Of a DNA stretch of 64,000 nt, positions 43,601 to 57,959 are shown one piece after another (positions within the stretch are counted from its first letter, which is position 1; every line of letters begins with the position of its first letter). The position numbers were made by a program, and so were the translations under genes. The notes beneath the pieces were generated by a model. That model was not told where the DNA came from. It saw nothing but the letters and a program-made list of their open reading frames with translations, and did no database searches. Source of the DNA: the human T2T-CHM13v2.0 reference genome, Homo sapiens; the NCBI RefSeq assembly GCF_009914755.1, contig NC_060940.1; one strand, given 5' to 3'.

Positions 43601-46485
43601 TTCTATTTGTGTCCCTTAGATGGTTCCACATGATTCCATTTCATGATGATACTATTTGAGCCCATCCAATTATTCCCTTCGATTCCATTCGATGAGGATT
43701 CCATTCGATTCAATTCATTGGTGATTCTATTCAATTCAATTCTTTGATTCCATTCCATTCCATTCGACAATGATTCCATTCGATTTCTTTCGATGATTCC
43801 ACTCGATTCCACTTGACATTGATTCCATTCGATTCCATTCAATGATTCCGTTTGATTCCAGTGGATGATGATTGCCATCGATTCCATTCGATCACTCCAT
43901 TCTATTCCATTTGATGATGATTACATTCGATTCCATTTGATGATTCCATCTGATTCTATTCGAGGATTCCATTTGATTCCATTCGATGATGATTCCATTC
44001 GAGTGCATTCGATGATTTCATTCGAGTACATCCAATGATTCCATTCGAGTCCATTTGATGATTCCATTTGATTCCATTTGATTATGATTCTACTAGAGTC
44101 CATTCAATGACTCCATTCGAATCCATTCAACAATTCCATTCGAGGCCATTCGATGATTCCATTTCATGATTCCATTCGAGTCCATTTAATCATTACAGTC
44201 GAGTCCATTTGGTGATTCCACTGGATTTCTTTTGATAATGATACCATTCAGTTACATTTGATGATGATCCCATTCAATTTCATTTGATGGTGATTCCATT
44301 AGAGTCCATTCGATGATTTCATTCGAGTCCCTTCATTGATTCCATCCGATTTCATTGGATGATGACTCCATTCGAGTCCATTCGATGATTCCACTCGATT
44401 CCATTAGATGATTCCATTGGAGTCCATTTGATTGTTCCATTCGATTCTATTCGATTCCTTTCGAAGATTATTCCATTTGAGTCCATTCGATGATGATTCC
44501 ATTCCATTCCATTCCATGATTCCGTTTGATTCCATTCGATGATTCCCTTCGATTCCTTTCTTTGATGATTCCATTCCATTCCATTCAATGATTCCATTCG
44601 AATCTATTCCATGATGATTCCTTTCGATTCCATTCGCTGATGTTTCCGTTCAATTCCATTCGATGATGATTCCATTCGATTCCATTCATTGAGGATTCCA
44701 TTTGATTCCATTCAATGATGATTCCATTCTATTCCATTCAATGATTGCATTCAATTCCATTCAATGATTATCCCATTAGAGTAAACTCAAAGATTCCATT
44801 CAATACCATTCGATGATGATTCCTTTTGAGTCCATTCAATGATTTCATTCAAGTCCATTTGATGATTCCTTTCAATTCCATTCTATGATGATTCCATTCG
44901 AGTCCATTCGATGATTCCATTCGATTGCATTCGATGATTCCATTATATTCCATTCAACGATGATTCCATTCGAGTCCATTCGATGATTCCATTAGAGTAC
45001 ATTTAATGATTGCTTTGTTTTCAATTCGAAGATGATTACATTGGATTCCATTCTATGATACCATTCGATTCCATTCAATGATGATTCCACTCAAATCCAT
45101 TGGATGATTCCATTCGTGTCCATTCGGTGATTTCATTAGATTCCATTCGAGGATGATTCCATTCGATTCCATTCGATGATTCCATTCAATTCCATTCGAT
45201 GATGATTCCATTCCAGTCCATATGATCATTCCATTTGATTTCATTCGATGATGATTCCATTCGATTCCATTCGATGATTCCATTCTATTCCATTCGATGA
45301 TGATTCCATTCGAGTCCATTCGATGATTCCATTCGAGTCCATTTAATGATTCCATTGGGTTCAATTCAATGATGATTACATTGGATTCCGTTCTATGATT
45401 CCATTCAATTCCGTTCATTGACAATTTGATTCCATTCGATGATGATTCCATTTGAGTTCATTCGATGATTCTATTCGATTCTCTTCGATGGTGATTCAAT
45501 TCTATTATATTGGATGATTCCATTCGATTCCATTTGATGTTTATTCAATTCGATTCTATTCGATGATGATTCCATTGGATTTCACTTGATGATTCTATTC
45601 GATTCCATTCAATGATGATTCACTTCTCGTCCATTGGATGATTCCATTTCATTCCATTCGATGATGATTCCATTCGATTCCATTCGATGATTCCATTTGA
45701 TTCCATGCGTCGGTGAGCAATTCGATTCAATTCCATGATGATTCTATTTGATTCAATTAGATGATGTTTCCATTCGAATCCATTCCATGATTATTCCATT
45801 GGAATCCATTCGGCGATGATTCCATATGAGTCAATTCAATGATGATTCCATATGGGTCCGTTCGATGATAATTCCATTTGATTTCATTCAGTGCTTCTAT
45901 TCAATTCCAGTCGATGATGATTCCGTTGGTGTCCATACGATGATTCCATTTGATTTCATTTGATGATGATTCCATTCGATGATGATTACATTGGATTCCA
46001 TTCTATGATTCCATTCAATTCCATTCGTTGATGATTCGATTCCATTCAATGATGATTCCATTTGAGTTCATTCGATGATTCTATTCGATTCCGTTCGATG
46101 GTGATTCAATTCTCTTATATTGGATGATTCCACTCGATTCCATTTGACGATAATTCCATTGGAGTCCACTTAGTGAATCCTTTAGATTCTACTCGAAGAT
46201 GATTCCATTCGAGTCCATTCGATGATACCATTCAATTTCATTCGTTGATGCTTCCATTCAAGTGCATTCGATGATATCATTCGATTCCATTTGATGATAA
46301 TTCCATTTGATTCCATGCGATGATTCTATTCGATTCCATTCAACGACAATTCCATTCAATTCAGTGATTCCTCTGGACTCCATTTGATGATGATTCCATT
46401 CAATGATTCCATTCGATTCTATTCGAAAATGATTCCATTTGAATCCATTTGATGATGATTCCATTAGATTCCATTTGATGATTCC
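40646..46485 (+). repeat. Higher-order unit copy 8, divergent (5840 bp; indels -13, -3, +16, +3, -72, -23, -170, -10)
   Basis: The indels lie at about 40760, 41060, 41276, 41895, 42074, 42732, 43456 and 44160. They sum to -272, consistent with the anchor shifts (0, +3, -69, -262, -272). Confidence 0.9.
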
Positions 46486-49400
46486 ATTCGATTCCATTCA
46501 ATGATGATTCCATTCGATTCCGTTTGATGATTCCATTCTATTCTATTCGATGATGATTCCATTCGATTCCATTCGATGATGATTGGATTCGATTCCATTT
46601 GATGATTTCATTTGATTCCATTCGTTAATGATTTCGATCAATTCCATTCGATGATTCCATTCGATTCCATTCGATAATGATTACATCCGAGTCCATTCGA
46701 TGATTCCCTTTGAGCCTGTTCGATAATTCCATTTGAGTCCAACCAATGATTCCATTCATTTCCATTCAATGATTCCATTCGAGTCCATTTGATCATTCCG
46801 GTAGGGTCCATTCGATGTTGATTCCATTGGAGTGCATTCGATGATTCCATTCGAGTCCATTTTAGGATTTGATTCGAGTCCTTTCGATGATTCCATTCGA
46901 TTCCACTCGATGATGATTTCATTCGAGTCCATTCGACACTTCCAATCGATTCCATTTGATGATTCCATTCGAGTCCAATTGATGATTCCATTCAATTCCA
47001 TTCGATGATGATTCCGTACGATTCCATTCTGTGATGATTCCATGTGATTGCATTCAATGATGATTCCTTTCGATTGCATTCGATTATGATTCATTTCGTG
47101 TTCATTCTATGGTTCCACAGGTTTCCATTCGTGTCCATTCCATTATTCCATTCTATTCCATTTGATGATGATTCCATTCGATTCCATTCCTTGGTGATTC
47201 CACTCAATTCCATTCAATGATTCCATTCCATTTCTTTCAACAATGATTCCATTAGTTTCTAATCGATGATCCACTTGATTCCATTTGACGACGATTCCAT
47301 TCTTGTCCATTCGATGATTCCATTTGATTCCATATGATGATGATTCCATTCGATCCCATACCATGATGATTCCATTCGAGTCCATTCAATGGTGATTCCA
47401 TTCAATTCCATTCGATGATTCCTTTCGATTCCATTCGATGATGATGGCATTCGATTCCTTTCAATCATTCCCTTTGATTCCATTCAAAGGTGATTTCATT
47501 CAAGTCCATTCGATAATTGCATTCGATTCCATTCTATGATGATTCCATTCGAGTCCATTTGATGATTCCATTCAATTCAAGTCAATGATGATTCCATTCG
47601 ATTCCATTCGATGATTCCATTGGATTCCATTCGATGATGATTCCATTCAAATCCATTCGATAATTCAATTCAAGTTCATTCGATGATGATTAAAATCGAA
47701 TCCATTCAAAGATTCCATTCAGTTCCATTCGATGGTTCCTTAGATTCCATTCGATGATTCCACTTGATTCCATTTACGATGATTCCATTCGATTCCATGT
47801 GATGATTCCATTCAATTCTATTCAATGATGTCTCCATTTGATTCCATTCGACCATGATTGCCTTTGATTCCATTCAATGACTCCATTCGGTTCCTTTTGA
47901 TGATGATTCCGTTCGATTCCATTTCATTATTCCATTTGATTCCATTGGATGAGTCCATTCGATTACATTCGATGATTATTCCATTCGAGTGCATTAGATG
48001 ATTCCATTCGAGTCCATTCGATGATTCCATTCGATTCCATTCGATGTTGATTCTGTTCAAATCCATTCGATGATTCCACTCGATTCCATTCGTTGACTCC
48101 ATTTGATCCCATTCGATGATTTCCTTTGATTCCCTTTGATGATCATTCCATTTGATTCAATTCGGTGATTTCATTTGATTCCATTCAGTGATGTTTCCAT
48201 TCGACTCCATTCGATGATGATTCCATTCGACTCCATTCGATTATGATTTCACTAAATTCCATTCAATAATGATTCCCTTCGAGTCCATTCGATGATTCCA
48301 TTCGATTCCATTCAACGATGATTTGATTCGTGTCCATTCGATGATTCCATTTGATTCCACTTGATGATGATTCCATTCGAGTCCATTTGATGATTCCATT
48401 CAATTCCATACTCCGATGATTTCTTTTGAGCCCACTCAATGCTTCCACTCGATTCCATATGATGATGACTCCATTCGATGAAATTCGATGATGATTCCAT
48501 TCGCTTGCTTTCGATGATGATTCCACTTGAGTCCGTTAGAAGATTCTATTCAATTACATTCCATGACGATTCCGTTCGAGTCCATTTGATGATTCCATTA
48601 GACTCCATTCGACGATGATTCCATTCGATGTTATTCGATGATTCCATTCGATCTCATTCGATGATGATTCCATTCAACTCCATTCGATGTTTCCATTCGA
48701 GTTCATTCTATTATTCCATTAGATTCCATTCGATGATGATTCCATTCGATTCCATTTGATGATTGCATTCTATTTCATTTGATGATGATTCCATTCGAGT
48801 CCACTCGATGATTCCATTCGAGTCCATTTAATGAATCCATTGGTTTCAATTCTATGATGATTACATTGGATTCCATTCGTTGATGATTTCATTCGGTTCC
48901 ATTCCATGATGATTCCATTCCTTTCCATTCAATGATTCCATTCGATTCCGTTTGATGATGATTTCATTCGAGTCCATTTGATGATTCCATTTGATTTCTT
49001 TCGATGATGATTCCATTCGAGTCCATTCGATGATTCTATTCGAATCCATTTGATGATTTCTTTTGATTATATTTGGTGATGATTCCATTGGAGTCCATTC
49101 AATGATTCCATTCTATTCCAATCGATGATGATTCCATTAGAGTCCATTTAATGATTCCATTTGATTCCAGTCTCTGATGATTACATTCGAGTCCATACGA
49201 TGATTCCACTCAATTCCATATGATGATGATTCCATTTGATTCCATTCGGTGATTCCGTTCTATTCTATTCAATGGTGATTCCATTCGAGTACATTAGATG
49301 ATTCCATTCGATTCCATTCATTGATGATTCTATTTGTGTCCCTTAGATGATTCCACATGATTCCATTAGATGATGATACTATTTGAGCCCATCCAATGAT

Positions 49401-52222
49401 TCCCTTCGATTCCATTCGATGAGGATTCCATTCGATTCAATTCATTGGTGATTCTATTCAATTCAATTCTTTGATTCCATTCCATTCCATTCGACAATGA
49501 TTCCATTCGATTTCTTTCGATGATTCCACTCGATTCCACTTGACATTGATTCCATTCGATTCCATTCAATGATTCCATTTGATTCCAGTGGATGATGATT
49601 GCCATCGATTCCATTCGATCACTCCATTCTATTCCATTTGATGATGATTACATTCGATTCCATTTGATGATTCCATCTGATTCTATTCGAGGATTCCATT
49701 TGATTCCATTCGATGATGATTCCATTCGAGTCCATTCGATGATTTCATTCGAGTACATCCAATGATTCCATTCGAGTCCATTAGATGATTCCATTTGATT
49801 CCATTTGAAAATGATTCTACTAGAGTCCATTCAATGACTCCATTCGAGTCCATTCAACAATTCCATTCGACTCCATTCGATGATTCCATTCGATTCCATT
49901 TGATGGTTCCATTCGAGTCCATTTAATCATTACAGTCGAGTCCATTTGGTGATTCCACTGGATTTCTTTTGATAATGATACCATTCAATTACATTTGATG
50001 ATGATCCCATTCAATTTCATTTGATGATGATTCCATTAGAGTCCATTCGATGATTTCATTCGAGTCCCTTCATTGATTCCATCCGATTTCATTGGATGAT
50101 GACTCCATTCGAGTCCATTCGATGATTCCACTCGATTCCATTAGATGACTCCATTGGAGTCCATTTGATTGTTCCATTCGATTCCATTTGATTCCTTTCG
50201 AAGATTATTCCATTTGAGTCCATTCGATGATGATTCCATTCCATTCCATTCCATGATTCCGTTTGATTCCATTCGATGATTCCCTTCGATTCCTTTCTTT
50301 GATGATTCCATTCCATTCCATTCAATGATTCCATTCGAATCTATTCCATGATGATTCCTTTCGATTCCATTCGCTGATGTTTCCGTTCAATTCCATTCGA
50401 TGATGATTCCATTCGATTCCATTCATTGAGGATTCCATTTGATTCCATTCAATGATGATTCCATTCTATTCCATTCAATGATTGCATTCAATTCCATTCA
50501 ATGATTATCCCATTAGAGTAAACTCAACGATTCCATTCAATATCATTCGATGATGATTCCTTTTGAGTCCATTCAATGATTTCATTCAAGTCCATTTGAT
50601 GATTCCTTTCAATTCCATTCTATGATGATTCCATTCGAGTCCATTCGATGATTCCATTCGATTGCATTCGATGATTCCATTATATTCCATTCAACGATGA
50701 TTCCATTCGAGTCCATTCCATGATTCCATTAGAGTACATTTAATGATTGCTTTGTTTTCAATTCGAAGATGATTACATTGGATTCCATTCTATGATACCA
50801 TTCGATTCCATTCAATGATGATTCCACTCAAATCCATTGGATGATTCCATTCGTGTCCATTCGGTGATTTCATTAGATTCCATTCGAGGATGATTCCATT
50901 CGATTCCATTCGATGATTCCATTCAATTCCATTCGATGATGATTCCATTCCAGTCCATATGATCATTCCATTTGATTTCATTCGATGATGATTCCATTCG
51001 ATTCCATTCGACGATTCCATTCTATTCCATTCAATGATGATTCCATTCGAGTCCATTCGATGATTCCATTCGAGTCCATTTAATGATTCCATTGGGTTCA
51101 ATTCAATGATGATTACATTGGATTCCGTTCTATGATTCCATTCAATTCCGTTCATTGACAATTTGATTCCATTCGATGATGATTCCATTTGAGTTCATTC
51201 GATGATTCTATTCGATTCTCTTCGATGGTGATTCAATTCTATTATATTGGATGATTCCATTCGATTCCATTTGATGTTGATTCAATTCGATTCTATTCGA
51301 TGATGATTCCATTGGATTTCACTTGATGATTCTATTCGATTCCATTCAATGATGATTCACTTCTCGTCCATTGGATGATTCCATTTCATTCCATTCGATG
51401 ATGATTCCATTCGATTCCATTCGATGATTCCATTTGATTCCATGCGACGGTGAGCAATTCGATTCAATTCCATGATGATTCTATTTGATTCAATTAGATG
51501 ATGTTTCCATTCGAATCCATTCCATGATTATTCCATTGGAATCCATTCGGCGATGATTCCATATGAGTCAATTCAATGATGATTCCATATGGGTCCGTTC
51601 GATGATAATTCCATTTGATTTCATTCGATGCTTCTATTCTATTCCAGTCGATGATGATTCCGTTGGAGTCCATACGATGATTCCATTTGATTTCATTTGA
51701 TGATGATTCCATTCGATGATGATTACATTGGATTCCATTCTATGATTCCATTCAATTCCATTCGTTGATGATTCGATTCCATTCAATGATGATTCCATTT
51801 GAGTTCATTCGATGATTCTATTCGATTCCGTTCGATGGTGATTCAATTCTATTATATTGGATGATTCCACTCGATTCCATTTGATGATTATTCCATTGGA
51901 GTCCACTTAGTGAATCCTTTAGATTCTACTCGACGATGATTCCATTCGAGTCCATTCGATGATACCATTCAATTCCATTCGTTGATGCTTCCATTCAAGT
52001 GCATTCGATGATATCATTCGATTCCATTTGATGATAATTCCATTTGATTCCATGCGATGATTCTATTCGATTCCCTTCAATGATAATTCCATTCAATTCA
52101 GTGATTCCTCTGGACTCCATTTGATGATGATTCCATTCAATGATTCCATTCGATTCTATTCGAAAATGATTCCATTTGAATCCATTTGATGATGATTCCA
52201 TTAGATTCCATTTGATGATTCC
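46486..52222 (+). repeat. Higher-order unit copy 9 (5737 bp; 1-bp deletion at ~47737, 374-bp deletion at ~48904)
   Basis: The junction CGGTTCCATTC|CATGATGATTCCATTCCTTTCC joins reference 2420 to 2795. Confidence 0.93.
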
Positions 52223-55200
52223 ATTCGATTCCATTCGACGATGATTCCATTCGATTCCGTTTGATGATTCCATTCTATTCTATTCGATGATGATTCCATT
52301 CGATTCCATTCGATGATGATTGGATTCGATTCCATTGGATGATTTCATTTGATTCCATTCGTTAATGATTTCGATCAATTCCATTCGATGATTCCATTCG
52401 ATTCCATTCGATAATGATTACATCCGAGTCCATTCGATGATTCCCTTTGAGCCTGTTCGATAATTCCATTTGAGTCCAACCAATGATTCCATTCATTTCC
52501 ATTCAATGATTCCATTCGAGTCCATTTGATCATTCCGGTAGGGTCCATTCGATGTTGATTCCATTGGAGTGCATTCGATGATTCCATTCGAGTCCATTTT
52601 AGGATTTGATTCGAGTCCTTTCGATGATTCCATTCGATTCCACTCGATGATGATTTCATTCGAGTCCATTCGACACTTCCAATCGATTCCATTTGATGAT
52701 TCCATTCGAGTCCAATTGATGATTCCATTCAATTCCATTCGATGATGATTCCGTACGATTCCATTCTGTGATGATTCCATGTGATTGCATTCAATGATGA
52801 TTCCTTTCGATTGCATTCGATTATGATTCATTTCGTGTTCATTCTATGGTTCCACAGGTTTCCATTCGTGTCCATTCCATTATTCCATTCTATTCCATTT
52901 GATGATGATTCCGTTCGATTCCATTCCTTGGTGATTCCACTCAATTCCATTCAATGATTCCATTCCATTTCTTTCAACAATGATTCCATTAGTTTCTAAT
53001 CGATGATCCACTTGATTCCATTTGACGACGATTCCATTCTTGTCCATTCGATGATTCCATTTGATTCCATATGATGATGATTCCATTCGATTCCATACCA
53101 TGATGATTCCATTCGAGTCCATTCAATGGTGATTCCATTCAATTCCATTCGATGATTCCTTTTGATTCCATTCGATGATGATGGCATTCGATTCCTTTCA
53201 ATCATTCCCTTTGATTCCATTCAAAGGTGATTTCATTCAAGTCCATTCGATAATTGCATTCGATTCCATTCTATGATGATTCCATTCGAGTCCATTTGAT
53301 GATTCCATTCAATTCAAGTCAATGATGATTCCATTCGATTCCATTCGATGATTCCATTGGATTCCATTCGATGATGATTCCATTCAAATCCATTCGATAA
53401 TTCAATTCAAGTTCATTCGATGATGATTAAAATCGAATCCATTCAAAGATTCCATTCAGTTCCATTCGATGGTTCCTTAGATTCCATTCGATGATTCCAC
53501 TTGATTCCATTTACGATGATTCCATTCGATTCCATGTGATGATTCCATTCAATTCTATTCAATGATGTCTCCATTTGATTCCATTCGACCATGATTGCCT
53601 TTGATTCCATTCAATGACTCCATTCGGTTCCTTTTGATGATGATTCCGTTCGATTCCATTTCATTATTCCATTTGATTCCATTGGATGAGTCCATTCGAT
53701 TACATTCGATGATTATTCCATTCGAGTGCATTAGATGATTCCATTCGAGTCCATTCGATGATTCCATTCGATTCCATTCGATGTTGATTCTGTTCAAATC
53801 CATTCGATGATTCCACTCGATTCCATTCGTTGACTCCATTTGATCCCATTCGATGATTTCCTTTGATTCCCTTTGATGATCATTCCATTTGATTCAATTC
53901 GGTGATTTCATTTGATTCCATTCAGTGATGTTTCCATTCGACTCCATTCGATGATGATTCCATTCGACTCCATTCGATTATGATTTCACTAAATTCCATT
54001 CAATAATGATTCCCTTCGAGTCCATTCGATGATTCCATTCGATTCCATTCAACGATGATTTGATTCGTGTCCATTCGATGATTCCATTTGATTCCACTTG
54101 ATGATGATTCCATTCGAGTCCATTTGATGATTCCATTCAATTCCATACTCCGATGATTTCTTTTGAGCCCACTCAATGCTTCCACTCGATTCCATATGAT
54201 GATGACTCCATTCGATGAAATTCGATGATGATTCCATTCGCTTGCTTTCGATGATGATTCCACTTGAGTCCGTTAGAAGATTCTATTCAATTACATTCCA
54301 TGACGATTCCGTTCGAGTCCATTTGATGATTCCATTAGACTCCATTCGACGATGATTCCATTCGATGTTATTCCATGATTCCATTCGATCTCATTCGATG
54401 ATGATTCCATTCAACTCCATTCGATGTTTCCATTCGAGTTCATTCTATTATTCCATTAGATTCCATTCGATGATGATTCCATTCGATTCCATTTGATGAT
54501 TGCATTCTATTTCATTTGATGATGATTCCATTCGAGTCCACTCGATGATTCCATTCGAGTCCATTTAATGAATCCATTGGTTTCAATTCTATGATGATTA
54601 CATTGGATTCCATTCGTTGATGATTTCATTCGGTTCCATTCCATGATGATTCCATTCCTTTCCATTCAATGATTCCATTCGATTCCGTTTGATGATGATT
54701 TCATTCGAGTCCATTTGATGATTCCATTGGATTTCTTTCGATGATGATTCCATTCGAGTCCATTCGATGATTCTATTCGAATCCATTTGATGATTTCTTT
54801 TGATTATATTTGGTGATGATTCCATTGGAGTCCATTCAATGATTCCATTCTATTCCAATCGATGATGATTCCATTAGAGTCCATTTAATGATTCCATTTG
54901 ATTCCAGTCTCTGATGATTACATTCGAGTCCATACGATGATTCCACTCAATTCCATATGATGATGATTCCATTTGATTCCATTCGGTGATTCCGTTCTAT
55001 TCTATTCAATGGTGATTCCATTCGAGTACATTAGATGATTCCATTCGATTCCATTCATTGATGATTCTATTTGTGTCCCTTAGATGATTCCACATGATTC
55101 CATTAGATGATGATACTATTTGAGCCCATCCAATGATTCCCTTCGATTCCATTCGATGAGGATTCCATTCGATTCAATTCATTGGTGATTCTATTCAATT

Positions 55201-57959
55201 CAATTCTTTGATTCCATTCCATTCCATTCGACAATGATTCCATTCGATTTCTTTCGATGATTCCACTCGATTCCACTTGACATTGATTCCATTCGATTCC
55301 ATTCAATGATTCCATTTGATTCCAGTGGATGATGATTGCCATCGATTCCATTCGATCACTCCATTCTATTCCATTTGATGATGATTACATTCGATTCCAT
55401 TTGATGATTCCATCTGATTCTATTCGAGGATTCCATTTGATTCCATTCGATGATGATTCCATTCGAGTCCATTCGATGATTTCATTCGAGTACATCCAAT
55501 GATTCCATTCGAGTCCATTAGATGATTCCATTTGATTCCATTTGAAAATGATTCTACTAGAGTCCATTCAATGACTCCATTCGAGTCCATTCAACAATTC
55601 CATTCGACTCCATTCGATGATTCCATTCGATTCCATTTGATGGTTCCATTCGAGTCCATTTAATCATTACAGTCGAGTCCATTTGGTGATTCCACTGGAT
55701 TTCTTTTGATAATGATACCATTCAATTACATTTGATGATGATCCCATTCAATTTCATTTGATGATGATTCCATTAGAGTCCATTCGATGATTTCATTCGA
55801 GTCCCTTCATTGATTCCATCCGATTTCATTGGATGATGACTCCATTCGAGTCCATTCGATGATTCCACTCGATTCCATTAGATGACTCCATTGGAGTCCA
55901 TTTGATTGTTCCATTCGATTCCATTTGATTCCTTTCGAAGATTATTCCATTTGAGTCCATTCGATGATGATTCCATTCCATTCCATTCCATGATTCCGTT
56001 TGATTCCATTCGATGATTCCCTTCGATTCCTTTCTTTGATGATTCCATTCCATTCCATTCAATGATTCCATTCGAATCTATTCCATGATGATTCCTTTCG
56101 ATTCCATTCGCTGATGTTTCCGTTCAATTCCATTCGATGATGATTCCATTCGATTCCATTCATTGAGGATTCCATTTGATTCCATTCAATGATGATTCCA
56201 TTCTATTCCATTCAATGATTGCATTCAATTCCATTCAATGATTATCCCATTAGAGTAAACTCAACGATTCCATTCAATATCATTCGATGATGATTCCTTT
56301 TGAGTCCATTCAATGATTTCATTCAAGTCCATTTGATGATTCCTTTCAATTCCATTCTATGATGATTCCATTCGAGTCCATTCGATGATTCCATTCGATT
56401 GCATTCGATGATTCCATTATATTCCATTCAACGATGATTCCATTCGAGTCCATTCCATGATTCCATTAGAGTACATTTAATGATTGCTTTGTTTTCAATT
56501 CGAAGATGATTACATTGGATTCCATTCTATGATACCATTCGATTCCATTCAATGATGATTCCACTCAAATCCATTGGATGATTCCATTCGTGTCCATTCG
56601 GTGATTTCATTAGATTCCATTCGAGGATGATTCCATTCGATTCCATTCGATGATTCCATTCAATTCCATTCGATGATGATTCCATTCCAGTCCATATGAT
56701 CATTCCATTTGATTTCATTCGATGATGATTCCATTCGATTCCATTCGACGATTCCATTCTATTCCATTCAATGATGATTCCATTCGAGTCCATTCGATGA
56801 TTCCATTCGAGTCCATTTAATGATTCCATTGGGTTCAATTCAATGATGATTACATTGGATTCCGTTCTATGATTCCATTCAATTCCGTTCATTGACAATT
56901 TGATTCCATTCGATGATGATTCCATTTGAGTTCATTCGATGATTCTATTCGATTCTCTTCGATGGTGATTCAATTCTATTATATTGGATGATTCCATTCG
57001 ATTCCATTTGATGTTGATTCAATTCGATTCTATTCGATGATGATTCCATTGGATTTCACTTGATGATTCTATTCGATTCCATTCAATGATGATTCACTTC
57101 TCGTCCATTGGATGATTCCATTTCATTCCATTCGATGATGATTCCATTCGATTCCATTCGATGATTCCATTTGATTCCATGCGACGGTGAGCAATTCGAT
57201 TCAATTCCATGATGATTCTATTTGATTCAATTAGATGATGTTTCCATTCGAATCCATTCCATGATTATTCCATTGGAATCCATTCGGCGATGATTCCATA
57301 TGAGTCAATTCAATGATGATTCCATATGGGTCCGTTCGATGATAATTCCATTTGATTTCATTCGATGCTTCTATTCTATTCCAGTCGATGATGATTCCGT
57401 TGGAGTCCATACGATGATTCCATTTGATTTCATTTGATGATGATTCCATTCGATGATGATTACATTGGATTCCATTCTATGATTCCATTCAATTCCATTC
57501 GTTGATGATTCGATTCCATTCAATGATGATTCCATTTGAGTTCATTCGATGATTCTATTCGATTCCGTTCGATGGTGATTCAATTCTATTATATTGGATG
57601 ATTCCACTCGATTCCATTTGATGATTATTCCATTGGAGTCCACTTAGTGAATCCTTTAGATTCTACTCGACGATGATTCCATTCGAGTCCATTCGATGAT
57701 ACCATTCAATTCCATTCGTTGATGCTTCCATTCAAGTGCATTCGATGATATCATTCGATTCCATTTGATGATAATTCCATTTGATTCCATGCGATGATTC
57801 TATTCGATTCCCTTCAATGATAATTCCATTCAATTCAGTGATTCCTCTGGACTCCATTTGATGATGATTCCATTCAATGATTCCATTCGATTCTATTCGA
57901 AAATGATTCCATTTGAATCCATTTGATGATGATTCCATTAGATTCCATTTGATGATTCC
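52223..57959 (+). repeat. Higher-order unit copy 10 (5737 bp; same deletions as copy 9, junction at ~54641)
   Basis: Anchor spacing is 5737, with the same junction and shared private SNVs (GATTAAAATCGAA, ACTAAATTCC, GATGGTTCCTTAG). Confidence 0.93.
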
